A stretch of DNA of 64,000 bases from a virus. Every line of letters starts with the position of its first letter. Position 1 is the first letter of the stretch. The notes below the pieces were generated by a model. The model did no database searches and was not told the origin of the DNA. It saw only the letters and a program-made list of their open reading frames with translations. Made by a program: the position numbers and the translations under genes. Positions 1 to 7,698 of this stretch are shown in pieces. Where the stretch lies: IMG/VR virus record IMGVR_UViG_3300020724_000005; one strand, 5' to 3'.

Positions 1-172
1 AATCGAGCTGTGACCAGAGCTGTAAATTGAGCTGTGAACCGAGCTGTGAACCGAGCTGTGACCAGAGCTGTGAATTGAGCTGTGACCTGAGCTGTGACCT
101 GAGCTGTGAACCGAGCTGTGAATAGAGCTGTGAATAGAGCTGTGAATTGAGCTGTGAATCGAGCTGTGAATT
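1..172. repeat. 12-bp tandem repeat array A (GAGCTGTGAnnn), 14 full units plus a partial unit running off the window start
   Basis: Direct reading: units at 5-16, 17-28 ... 161-172. Variation is almost entirely in the last 3 nt of each unit (ACC/ATC/CCA/ATT/CCT/ATA). Confidence 0.95.
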
Positions 173-184
173 TATCTCATTCAT
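1..184 (-). CDS. possible small ORF MNEIN(SQLx)n, 3-prime end outside the window
   Basis: ATG at 184-182 directly follows the stop of ORF 186..386. The frame TCA CAG CTC nnn stays open through array A to position 1. Confidence 0.25.
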   Translation of the reverse strand, partial: MNEINSQLDSQLNSQLYSQLYSQLGSQLRSQLRSQLNSQLWSQLGSQLGSQLNLQLWSQLD

Positions 185-185
185 A

Positions 186-386
186 TTACTTACGGTTTTT
201 ATACCATGGATTCACTTGATCATTCTTCTTGACCCTGGATCCCACTTTCAAGAGATACGACCAGGTATTGAATTCGACTTGAGAATCTGGATAGTACGTT
301 CTGAATCCAGGTTGTCTATCGATGATGTTTTCTCCAGTTGCTGGAGTTCCGAAAATGATGTGTTTTATTGTGTCCATAACTTTCAT
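186..386 (-). CDS. hypothetical protein (66 aa) between repeat arrays
   Basis: ORF track. It starts with the same MKVM / TAAATGAAAGTTATG junction as the array B ORF. No recognisable motif. Confidence 0.35.
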   Translation of the reverse strand: MKVMDTIKHIIFGTPATGENIIDRQPGFRTYYPDSQVEFNTWSYLLKVGSRVKKNDQVNPWYKNRK

Positions 387-623
387 TTATGTATTTTGGA
401 GCTGTGAATCGAGCTGTGAATCGAGCTGTGACCAGAGCTGTGAACCGAGCTGTGAACCGAGCTGTGAACCGAGCTGTGAACCGAGCTGTGAATCGAGCTG
501 TGAACCGAGCTGTGAATCGAGCTGTGAATCGAGCTGTGAACCGAGCTGTGAATAGAGCTGTGAATAGAGCCGTAACCTGAGCTGTAACCTGAGCTGTGAG
601 TTTATCTGCTTCATAACTTTCAT
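387..623 (-). CDS. possible tetrapeptide-repeat ORF MKVMKQIN(SQLx)n QNT (78 aa)
   Basis: ORF track. Start and stop sit exactly at the array borders, and the variable trinucleotide of each unit is one codon in this frame. Confidence 0.3.
   Translation of the reverse strand: MKVMKQINSQLRLQLRLRLYSQLYSQLGSQLDSQLDSQLGSQLDSQLGSQLGSQLGSQLGSQLWSQLDSQLDSQLQNT
399..602. repeat. 12-bp tandem repeat array B, 17 units
   Basis: Direct reading: GAGCTGTGAnnn x17 from 399 to 602. Units 15-16 are the variants GAGCCGTAACCT and GAGCTGTAACCT. Confidence 0.95.
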
Positions 624-827
624 TTATGTATTTTGGAGCTGTGAATCGAGCTGTGAATCGAGCTGTGACCAGAGCTGTGAACCGAGCTGTGAACCGAGCT
701 GTGACCAGAGCTGTGAACCGAGCTGTGAACCGAGCTGTGACCAGAGCTGTGAATTGAGCTGTGACCAGAGCTGTGAATAGAGCCGTAACCTGAGCTGTAA
801 CCTGAGCTGTGAATTTATCTGCTTCAT
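624..827 (-). CDS. possible tetrapeptide-repeat ORF MKQIN(SQLx)n QNT (67 aa)
   Basis: ORF track. Same head (MKQINSQLRLQLRLRLYSQL) and tail (DSQLDSQLQNT) as the array B ORF. Its stop TAA abuts the ATG of the next ORF. Confidence 0.3.
   Translation of the reverse strand: MKQINSQLRLQLRLRLYSQLWSQLNSQLWSQLGSQLGSQLWSQLGSQLGSQLWSQLDSQLDSQLQNT
636..815. repeat. 12-bp tandem repeat array C, 15 units
   Basis: Direct reading: GAGCTGTGAnnn x15. The flanks (TTCATAACTTTCATTTATGTATTTTG, and GAATTTATCTGCTTCATAACTTT with one substitution) are duplicated from array B. Confidence 0.95.
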
Positions 828-943
828 AACTTTAATTTAAACAACACTTCCAGTTAGATCAATGATACGCAAATGTCTACATTGCCTTAATTATTCCGTG
901 AGACGGGCGAGTACGGAAGCTGGTTTAGTATTGTTGTGGTTTC

Positions 944-1966
944 TTAAGATCTCATGTCAAACCTATACTCATCAGCTGACAACCTGCTAAGCGAAGCTAT
1001 CGCAGCTATGGCATCTGTGTGGTGTGGCTCTACTCCCTGAAGGTACTGTGTGCCTGTGGAAGGACATACCATCTTGACCCACGCAAATGGTTGGTTGTCT
1101 ATCTCTTCGAACTTCTCTTCTGTCTTGAGCAACGTCACCTCTTCGAGATCTCCGTTGGCGTGCATTATGGTCTGCTTATCAAACTCCTTGGCGCCCAACA
1201 AGTCCATGACTCCTTTCTGACCAAGGATCTCGTACCATGCACCCTTGTAGTCTGAGTTGCGTTCTTTGACGAACTCTTCACGAGTAAGGGATTTTGCCTT
1301 GTTGAATATCTCTGTGGGAATGTGTCGACCGTTGATGTAGTAGCAGTCGTCCCAAGCTGTGCAAGGATAGGTGCTGTTCCAAGTCACTGCCTGGTAAGCT
1401 GGGTTGTGGAGAAGATTGGCCGAGTTGCGTACGATCTTGGTAGGATGCTTGCTGACGATGCAGACTTCCTCGCAGAATATGGCCGAGTATATGTTGGCCT
1501 TCCAGTTGAGAGCCTCGAGCTCGTTCAGTTCTTTGGCAGCTCCTGTGGTCTCGATCTTGAACTCGTCCTGTATGAATTTGTACCACGTGTAGTAGTAACG
1601 GGCGTAGATGCCGATGCTGAACAGAGAAGACTCTACGAACTTCATCGTGCCTTTGTTGTCCTTGATGAACTTGGCCAGGTCTTTTTCCGGGATGTTTTCG
1701 ATGCCCTGTGCTGCCCACTCTATCATGTTCTCATTCTCTACGAGGTAGTGGTACATGATCTTCGCTTCGAGAGGATTCTCTACCACGATCAGATGCTTTG
1801 GACGAGGCTTTTCTGCCGTGTCATACAGCTTATTGACAATACCAAGTGCTGCTTCCTTGTCGAAGTTCTTGTAGTTCTTACCGTCGAATACTCCGTCAAG
1901 AGCGTGGTCGATGTAATCGGGGATCTTTGCTTTGATTTCGTCCGTGAATTGTTCTAAGCTAATCAT
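944..1966 (-). CDS. hypothetical protein (340 aa)
   Basis: Longest ORF in a visibly GC-richer stretch. The overlapping ORFs in other frames are shadows. No motif I can name. Confidence 0.85.
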   Translation of the reverse strand: MISLEQFTDEIKAKIPDYIDHALDGVFDGKNYKNFDKEAALGIVNKLYDTAEKPRPKHLIVVENPLEAKIMYHYLVENENMIEWAAQGIENIPEKDLAKFIKDNKGTMKFVESSLFSIGIYARYYYTWYKFIQDEFKIETTGAAKELNELEALNWKANIYSAIFCEEVCIVSKHPTKIVRNSANLLHNPAYQAVTWNSTYPCTAWDDCYYINGRHIPTEIFNKAKSLTREEFVKERNSDYKGAWYEILGQKGVMDLLGAKEFDKQTIMHANGDLEEVTLLKTEEKFEEIDNQPFAWVKMVCPSTGTQYLQGVEPHHTDAIAAIASLSRLSADEYRFDMRS

Positions 1967-2027
1967 AAAACCTTAATTTTTGTTTGGTGTGTTATAAAAG
2001 TAATAAAAACCTTTGAGATCTTGTAAT

Positions 2028-2675
2028 TTAAGTTTTAAGTAAGATAAATTTTCCTTGTTTTTTGTATAGAGTTATAAGAGATGGTGATATTTTAAAATAT
2101 AATGCAGCTTCATTTTGAGAATTAAATATTAATCCTGTTTCCAAGTGCTGAATTTTTTTTATTTTTGCTAAACTACACTTAATTTTAGAGCTATCTTTAT
2201 GCTTTTTACCAAAAAATCCACCAATAGATCCATACATAGGATTATTTTTTCCTGATACATCATGATGATTTTGACTCACTTTTTTCTTATGATCTTCAGA
2301 TAATGGAATTCTATATTTTGGGTTTTCTTTTCCAACTGGATAGTATCTACTGGATATTTTTTCTCTTGTTTCATAAGATGGATTAAGGTTTCCATCGCCA
2401 CCATCCGTCATATTAACAAGAGATCCGGTCTTTAAGTCAACTCTTCCATAGAATCTAATCCAAAATTTCTCTTTTTCACAAGCTTCTTCCCAAGTCAACC
2501 AATCTTCTGAGATTATTTCTACTTGGTATTCTGTAAGTTTAATTAGATTATCCCAATGCTTATTTCTGTTGTCTTTAGAATAAGCCCTGCTGTATTTTCC
2601 TTTGTTATCTGACCCTATTCCTATATAAAAGATTTCATTCTTATCTAATCTTCTGTGTCTATAGACATATGCCAT
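2028..2675 (-). CDS. GIY-YIG homing endonuclease
   Basis: N-terminal YVYRH..FYIGIGS, NUMOD3-like SxxHKxK repeats, HTH-like C-terminal tail. AT-rich. Preceded by leader copy A. Confidence 0.9.
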   Translation of the reverse strand: MAYVYRHRRLDKNEIFYIGIGSDNKGKYSRAYSKDNRNKHWDNLIKLTEYQVEIISEDWLTWEEACEKEKFWIRFYGRVDLKTGSLVNMTDGGDGNLNPSYETREKISSRYYPVGKENPKYRIPLSEDHKKKVSQNHHDVSGKNNPMYGSIGGFFGKKHKDSSKIKCSLAKIKKIQHLETGLIFNSQNEAALYFKISPSLITLYKKQGKFILLKT

Positions 2676-2797
2676 AAAATAAAAGTGGCTCAGTCAAGTG
2701 AAGGAGCTAGGAACATCCAACACTCTATGAGCCAATGAGTCTATTATAGATAATTATTCCTAGTAATTTTCTATCTATAATAAATATCTGACTTTTA
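2676..2797 (-). promoter_or_regulatory. structured HE leader, copy A (P1 hairpin + P2/P2a hairpin + kissing pair)
   Basis: P1 TATTATAGATA 2742-2752 / TATCTATAATA 2772-2782. P2 TGGCTCA 2686-2692 / TGAGCCA 2728-2734. L1 TTCCTAG 2757-2763 is complementary to CTAGGAA 2707-2713. Confidence 0.6.
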
Positions 2798-3175
2798 TTA
2801 ATCTATCACTTTTTCCATAAGTCGAGTATAAGGATTATACGTTCCTTGTATCCAAACTTCATATATGCCTTCAGAGAATTGAAGTGGTTTATGATCTGCC
2901 ATAGGTAACTCCTTTGTTGAAGTCCATGCAGATTCATTGTTAAACATGCTTGACTCGTGGATATGTTGCAAAGTTGCACCATCGCCACCAACAGCTGTGA
3001 AGAATGTTCCGTCTTCTGCCATAAACAATTCAACATCCCCTGTCAAACAATGTTGGTGTCCAGAATGCTCACCATAAGCGAGCGGCTGATTCTTTACTTT
3101 CTTCAGATTCTTTGGAAGCTCTGATAGCTGGCGAAACTGTACGTCACCCTGATGACCTTTAATTAGCTTGTTCAT
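2798..3175 (-). CDS. hypothetical protein (125 aa)
   Basis: ORF track. No recognisable motif. Confidence 0.8.
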   Translation of the reverse strand: MNKLIKGHQGDVQFRQLSELPKNLKKVKNQPLAYGEHSGHQHCLTGDVELFMAEDGTFFTAVGGDGATLQHIHESSMFNNESAWTSTKELPMADHKPLQFSEGIYEVWIQGTYNPYTRLMEKVID

Positions 3176-3264
3176 GTTATTTTTTTATTTTATTGTAGTG
3201 TAAAATTAGCTAAAAGTTTTGCTTCTCCGTAATTTATCTTCTAAGTTATAAATATATTATCATC

Positions 3265-3306
3265 TAAAATAAAAGACCCACTAGATTTTTAGGCCCAGTG
3301 GGTCTT
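3265..3306 (-). terminator. intrinsic terminator-like hairpin
   Basis: Perfect 10-bp stem AAGACCCACT 3273-3282 / AGTGGGTCTT 3297-3306 with a 14-nt loop, followed on the minus strand by TTATTTTA. It lies 20 nt after the stop of ORF 3326..3604. Confidence 0.6.
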
Positions 3307-3325
3307 GGTAAATCACTGAAGAGAT

Positions 3326-3604
3326 TTAGATCATTTCAGCATTCGATTTTCTGCCCCGAGTCATGTTGAACACTCGGTTCATTACTACAGAATTTATCTC
3401 TCTTCCGGCGATCACATCGCTTACATGACCAATAGAATATCCGGTTAATTCGGATATCTTAGTAACATCTCCTTTGCGGATACGACGGTTTGCGATCACT
3501 GCCTTCTGAATGTAGGTACGGAGTGTGTAGTTTGCTGGGCGGTTTGCCAGATTTGTCATTTTCATACTTTTGAAACTTTTATTGGTTAATAATATATAAT
3601 ACAA
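3326..3604 (-). CDS. small putative DNA-binding (HTH-like) protein
   Basis: GDVTKISELTGYSIGHVSDV resembles a helix-turn-helix. The true start may be the internal MKMTNL. Confidence 0.6.
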   Translation of the reverse strand: MYYILLTNKSFKSMKMTNLANRPANYTLRTYIQKAVIANRRIRKGDVTKISELTGYSIGHVSDVIAGREINSVVMNRVFNMTRGRKSNAEMI

Positions 3605-3640
3605 ATGTAAGCTTATTTATGATCTCTATAAAATTTATCT

Positions 3641-3835
3641 TTAGAGTGGAGTATTCATTCTCCATTCTATAGGTATCATCACTTTAAACTTTATCCTATC
3701 TTCTAACTTATCGTGCAGTGATCTTTCAAGATGACTTCGTGTTAGAGATCTGACCTTAAAATTGACATCTACCATGTTGACCATAGGTGTCCAGATCAAT
3801 AGCATGAGTTTATTTGTAAAATGGATCTTTTTCAT
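3641..3835 (-). CDS. hypothetical protein (64 aa)
   Basis: ORF track. Its start overlaps the stop of the upstream gene by 4 nt. Confidence 0.45.
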   Translation of the reverse strand: MKKIHFTNKLMLLIWTPMVNMVDVNFKVRSLTRSHLERSLHDKLEDRIKFKVMIPIEWRMNTPL

Positions 3836-5163
3836 CTGTAGTCTATTAGATCTTCTAAATCTGGATGCGTCATGTCTTTTGATGTCGGCTTGGGGTGATC
3901 TTTTAATCTATCCTCCTGCGCTTTGACATTCTCAGCCATATCTTTAACTCCAAGGTGTTTAAGATGTTCCAAGTAGAATTCATCTATCTTATAAAAAGAC
4001 TCAAGTTCTTCTGTTGCATCTGGTGATTCTGGTGGTATGGCTTGGAGAATCTGTCTTTTAGACTTAGTGAAGCTGTCAAGCGACAGTAGAAAAGAGCAGT
4101 TATAACACAGCCACCTCAAGTTCTCTTCCGTCCAATCTGTTCTATCTCCATTTATGAAGTTAAGCATCAATGGGATCTTCATATCTATCGGTCTCTTTTG
4201 TGAGAACCCACATTCTTTGCAACAAAATCCGAGCCTCCCATCTTTCATCAAACGCGCTGCAAGTTCATCTATCCTCTTTGGTGTACAATGCTGTCCTTTT
4301 ATAAGCTGGTATCCTAAGATCAATGCTCTTGGGTTTGCTTGATTACGTATATTTCTGACCTTAGGAACTCCTTTGCCTCCTTTTGCTACGTGAAGATCGA
4401 ATAGAGTTCTTCCAGTTTGTTGATCAACATAGGATTTTGCGTATTTCTTCCAGGTTTTATATGACACTCTTATCCACTCTGCTGCTTCTCTGTTGCTTCT
4501 GGTGTTCTTCATCGCATTGCGGATGACTTCTTCTGACAGCTGAAGACCTTTCCATTTCCACTCCTCAGGTCTTTCGCTGTATGGGCATTCTCCTTTCTTA
4601 AACTTATTCTCTTCCCACTTGCGTTTTCTTTCTGCCAACCGCTCGAACCAACCAGATTCCTTTCTAGCCATAAACCTTTCATAGTTGACCTTTCTCCACT
4701 TCTCATGCTGAAGCTCGTACAAAGTCATCCCAGTCTCTTCATCTGTGATAGCTTTAGCGTATTTTTTATAACTCGGATAAGATACTTCTAAGACTTCAGA
4801 AGCCTCTTTATTGGAGTTTGTGATCTCCATCGCTTTGCGTATCTGCTCTTCAGTGATATCAAGCTTTGAATACTGCCCCTTTCCTTTAACTCCACGCTTC
4901 TTTGGCTTTGATCCTACCTTCTTGGATTTTTCTATCAGCAAGTTCTTTCTCTGGAGTTCTAACAGAGTAAGACCTGTCTCAGAGTCTAGGTATCTGTCTG
5001 CCCAAATCTTGAACCTATATGGGCTTACATGTATGTGCTTTGCAGCTTTGTCTATATGGTTGGAGAATTGTATTGCCTTCCTTATCTCAGATTCTGCTAT
5101 TACGTATTGCGCTGCCCAAGATTTTATGCCCTTCTTGGGATCATCAAATAATCCTGCTGCCAT
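3832..5163 (-). CDS. HNH-like nuclease-domain protein with three tandem HTH-like repeats
   Basis: Three repeats of roughly 55 aa (E.IR.AM..N..EA....VSY..YKKYAK..D..TG.TL.EL). The C-terminal CCKECG...NFINGD...ENLRWLCYNC resembles an HNH zinc-finger core with the first His not conserved. Confidence 0.8.
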   Translation of the reverse strand: MAAGLFDDPKKGIKSWAAQYVIAESEIRKAIQFSNHIDKAAKHIHVSPYRFKIWADRYLDSETGLTLLELQRKNLLIEKSKKVGSKPKKRGVKGKGQYSKLDITEEQIRKAMEITNSNKEASEVLEVSYPSYKKYAKAITDEETGMTLYELQHEKWRKVNYERFMARKESGWFERLAERKRKWEENKFKKGECPYSERPEEWKWKGLQLSEEVIRNAMKNTRSNREAAEWIRVSYKTWKKYAKSYVDQQTGRTLFDLHVAKGGKGVPKVRNIRNQANPRALILGYQLIKGQHCTPKRIDELAARLMKDGRLGFCCKECGFSQKRPIDMKIPLMLNFINGDRTDWTEENLRWLCYNCSFLLSLDSFTKSKRQILQAIPPESPDATEELESFYKIDEFYLEHLKHLGVKDMAENVKAQEDRLKDHPKPTSKDMTHPDLEDLIDYR

Positions 5164-5164
5164 C

Positions 5165-5569
5165 TTACTTAAGTTTTGGGTTGATCTTGACCATGAGATC
5201 CCATAAGTCGTACGGGCTGGTCATGTTTATCTCATTTCCTTGGGTGTCTATCAGCGACAAAGACTGTCCTGATTCGTCCATTCTTTCCCAAAGATAAAAG
5301 CTTACGAGGTCATAACATTCTGGGCCATATGTGGTTAGCAGAAGGTAGTCTATGACTGCATAGAACTTCTCTTCATACTTTGCCATGTCCATCTCTAACT
5401 CATTGTACATTATATTAGAGCGAACTATGGACTCTTCTATCATGTTTATTATCTTGACGAAAGATTCTCGCTTCTTCTCTACTCCTCCTCTCTGAGACTT
5501 CCTTTTTACAAAGGACTGTACATTCAGTATTGTATTAACTGCCCCTTGTATGTTCTTATACTCTTCCAT
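5165..5569 (-). CDS. hypothetical protein (134 aa)
   Basis: ORF track. No motif. Confidence 0.8.
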   Translation of the reverse strand: MEEYKNIQGAVNTILNVQSFVKRKSQRGGVEKKRESFVKIINMIEESIVRSNIMYNELEMDMAKYEEKFYAVIDYLLLTTYGPECYDLVSFYLWERMDESGQSLSLIDTQGNEINMTSPYDLWDLMVKINPKLK

Positions 5570-5574
5570 ACGAC

Positions 5575-5913
5575 CTATTTTTTTGCTAATCTCTTGTGCT
5601 TATCCTTTATCTCATGCATTAGAGCTGTTATCTTTCCACAAGTATCATAGTCTTCTTCTTCTACGTACATAGAAACGCATGCCTCTAGAGCATTAGGCCA
5701 GTCATTTCTATGGAGTTCTATATAGCATCCTGAATCATTGATCTCAAATAAAGTTGCAAATACGCTGTTGGATTTATGGGCTTCTGCGATCACTGCTGGC
5801 GCTTTTTCTTTTAACAACTTCTTGAAAGGTTCAGACCTTATTACGTCTTCAGACGTTAGCATATGGACTTGGTCAAATATAGCTCTTATTGGAACTTCTT
5901 TCTTTACTGCCAT
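5575..5913 (-). CDS. hypothetical protein (112 aa)
   Basis: ORF track. No motif. Confidence 0.8.
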   Translation of the reverse strand: MAVKKEVPIRAIFDQVHMLTSEDVIRSEPFKKLLKEKAPAVIAEAHKSNSVFATLFEINDSGCYIELHRNDWPNALEACVSMYVEEEDYDTCGKITALMHEIKDKHKRLAKK

Positions 5914-5946
5914 AACATTTTCTGGGTTTATTTACATATAAATAAA

Positions 5947-6264
5947 TCAATGGTGTTCTCCTTTAAGAATCTTAATTAATATATTAGCTACTGAGTTTAA
6001 AGGAACTAAAAATCCTATGACATTCTCAAATGGATTCCTGTCATCGAAGTCCACCATCACACCAGCATCACCGAATCTTTTCTGTAAAGCTGTGGATATC
6101 TTTTGAGTTAGCTCTTGTTTTATCTTAGGATCTACTTCTTCAGAATCTAATACAAACTGCATCTTGATCCCTATTTTTGTTTCGTTAGTATTTAGATCGA
6201 ACTGAAGTCCTAGTTTCTGACCATCTATTGTTACGCTAGTTCTTGGTTTTGGTATCATTGCCAT
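5947..6264 (-). CDS. hypothetical protein (105 aa)
   Basis: ORF track. TATAAATAT motif about 20 nt upstream. Confidence 0.8.
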   Translation of the reverse strand: MAMIPKPRTSVTIDGQKLGLQFDLNTNETKIGIKMQFVLDSEEVDPKIKQELTQKISTALQKRFGDAGVMVDFDDRNPFENVIGFLVPLNSVANILIKILKGEHH

Positions 6265-6302
6265 CTTTATGTCTGTTTCTTGTATATAAATATACTGTCT
6301 GG

Positions 6303-6857
6303 TTAGATGATCTCATCTATAAATCCTAGCTCTAATGCTTCATCTGGGGTTATGTACCACTCTTGGTTCTTGTCTTTGACTTCCTTTAGCTTTTTCTTAG
6401 TAGCAGTTGTACGAGACAAGATGATCTCATCATACATCTCCTGAAGTCTTTCTCCTTCTTTAGCCTCCTGCTTATGATACCTTAGCTTTTCCTGAGCTGT
6501 CTCCCAAGATATTTCGTGGTACATCAAAGTCGACCTTCCGCTCATCTTTCTCGTATGTCCAACGCAGAGTATCGGAAGAGCCATTGACATCGCGTGACCT
6601 TGAACTATAACATGAACTGGAGTCTGTGAGGACTCTATGCAGTCCACCAGACCGAAACCGTAATAGACGTGTCCTCCTGGTGAGTTGAGTATCAGCTGTA
6701 TCGGCTCTCTGCTTTCGATCGATTTCTTAGCGTCTTCTTTGTTGATCTCGTGTATAAGGCCTATGACCTCGTTCACGTTATCATCGTCTATCTCTCCTAG
6801 TGTGATTATCCTACTTAGTATTTCCTGATGTTTCTTTTGAGTACGTTTAGGTTCCAT
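6303..6857 (-). CDS. clpP: ClpP-family (S14) serine protease
   Basis: LNSPGGHVYYGFGLVD, GHAMSMALPIL and MYHEISW match the ClpP oxyanion, Ser and His core motifs. Confidence 0.8.
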   Translation of the reverse strand: MEPKRTQKKHQEILSRIITLGEIDDDNVNEVIGLIHEINKEDAKKSIESREPIQLILNSPGGHVYYGFGLVDCIESSQTPVHVIVQGHAMSMALPILCVGHTRKMSGRSTLMYHEISWETAQEKLRYHKQEAKEGERLQEMYDEIILSRTTATKKKLKEVKDKNQEWYITPDEALELGFIDEII

Positions 6858-6912
6858 GAAATGCCTTTTAAAGAATATACCGAATTAGGACGAGATTTTA
6901 AAATAGAAGTTC

Positions 6913-7698
6913 TCAGTCTATGTATTTGAGGTTACTTTCTGGATCATGTTTGATGTAAGATCCCCACTTGTATCTAGAGTACTCGTGTCCTTGTATCTCT
7001 TGCTCTCTTCTTTGGGTACCTGTTGCTATCTGCGCAAAGTGGTAGAAATGACAGTTGTAGGTTCTAGTCATCATGAGTTCCGATATGTTGCACTTGAGAA
7101 AGAAGTCCCAGTCAGCGACAACACCATTTGTGGGATAGTTCTCGTCCCAACCACCCAGTCTCAAAAAGTCTCTCTTCTCCATCATGAAAGGGAGAGTCGA
7201 TCCACAGTGTTCTTCGACTTCATCTTTTTTTATCGATGTGGAATACTGAGTAAATGTGTGAAGATCGAAATCGTCTATTGTTTTTCCTAAGTCCTTTATG
7301 TGAAACTGGTTGAATATGCTGGGGCTCTGTTCTATCTGGTTTGGGGACAACACGGATCCGGGTCTGAATGCACTCAGCAGATCTACGTCCCAGTTCATAG
7401 GAAACACGTTGTCATCATTCACTACCAAGATCAGATCATGTTTTGCGTTATAGACCCCAATATTCGTGGCTCTGCAAAGCCCATGATTCTCTTCTAAAAC
7501 GACTGTATCTATTTCGTCTTTGTACTTATCTAATACTGACTTATTTAGGTCATAAAACCCGTCTACGATAACTATTATCTGGTTGTGATTAAACTGTCCA
7601 GAAATAGCTGATTTGATGCAAAGATCAAGATATTCTGGCTCTTTATACGTTGGTATTATTACTGAGATCTTTTTACTTTTATTCATATTTTTGACCAA
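6913..7698 (-). CDS. glycosyltransferase family 2 (GT-A)
   Basis: ISVIIPTYKEPEYL, IIVIVDG and LVVNDDN (DxD-like). Confidence 0.85.
   Translation of the reverse strand: MVKNMNKSKKISVIIPTYKEPEYLDLCIKSAISGQFNHNQIIVIVDGFYDLNKSVLDKYKDEIDTVVLEENHGLCRATNIGVYNAKHDLILVVNDDNVFPMNWDVDLLSAFRPGSVLSPNQIEQSPSIFNQFHIKDLGKTIDDFDLHTFTQYSTSIKKDEVEEHCGSTLPFMMEKRDFLRLGGWDENYPTNGVVADWDFFLKCNISELMMTRTYNCHFYHFAQIATGTQRREQEIQGHEYSRYKWGSYIKHDPESNLKYID

Noticed and set aside
322-555. Plus-strand ORF through repeat array B giving a Cys-rich SCE(S/P) repeat peptide, and the overlapping AVNR-repeat ORF 389..580
   Set aside because: Any 12-bp repeat is open in several frames. These plus-strand frames have no array-bounded start/stop pattern repeated in all three arrays. 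They are terminated by the ATA units, and the variable trinucleotide straddles codons. All other genes in the window are on the minus strand.
1-827. Possible CRISPR array
   Set aside because: The units are contiguous 12-bp direct repeats with no unique spacers. There are no cas genes, and the repeat is far shorter than CRISPR repeats.
894-918. Hairpin TTCCGT...ACGGAA downstream of the 340-aa gene as a terminator
   Set aside because: The stem is only 6 bp, the loop is 13 nt, and no U-tract follows on the transcribed strand.
1278-1957. ORFs 1278..1718 (-), 1322..1957 (+) and 1404..1592 (+) overlapping the 340-aa gene
   Set aside because: These are shadow ORFs in a GC-richer stretch. Their translations are low-complexity (Arg/His/Gln-rich or Val/Leu-rich), and they are fully contained in the longer, better-behaved ORF 944..1966.
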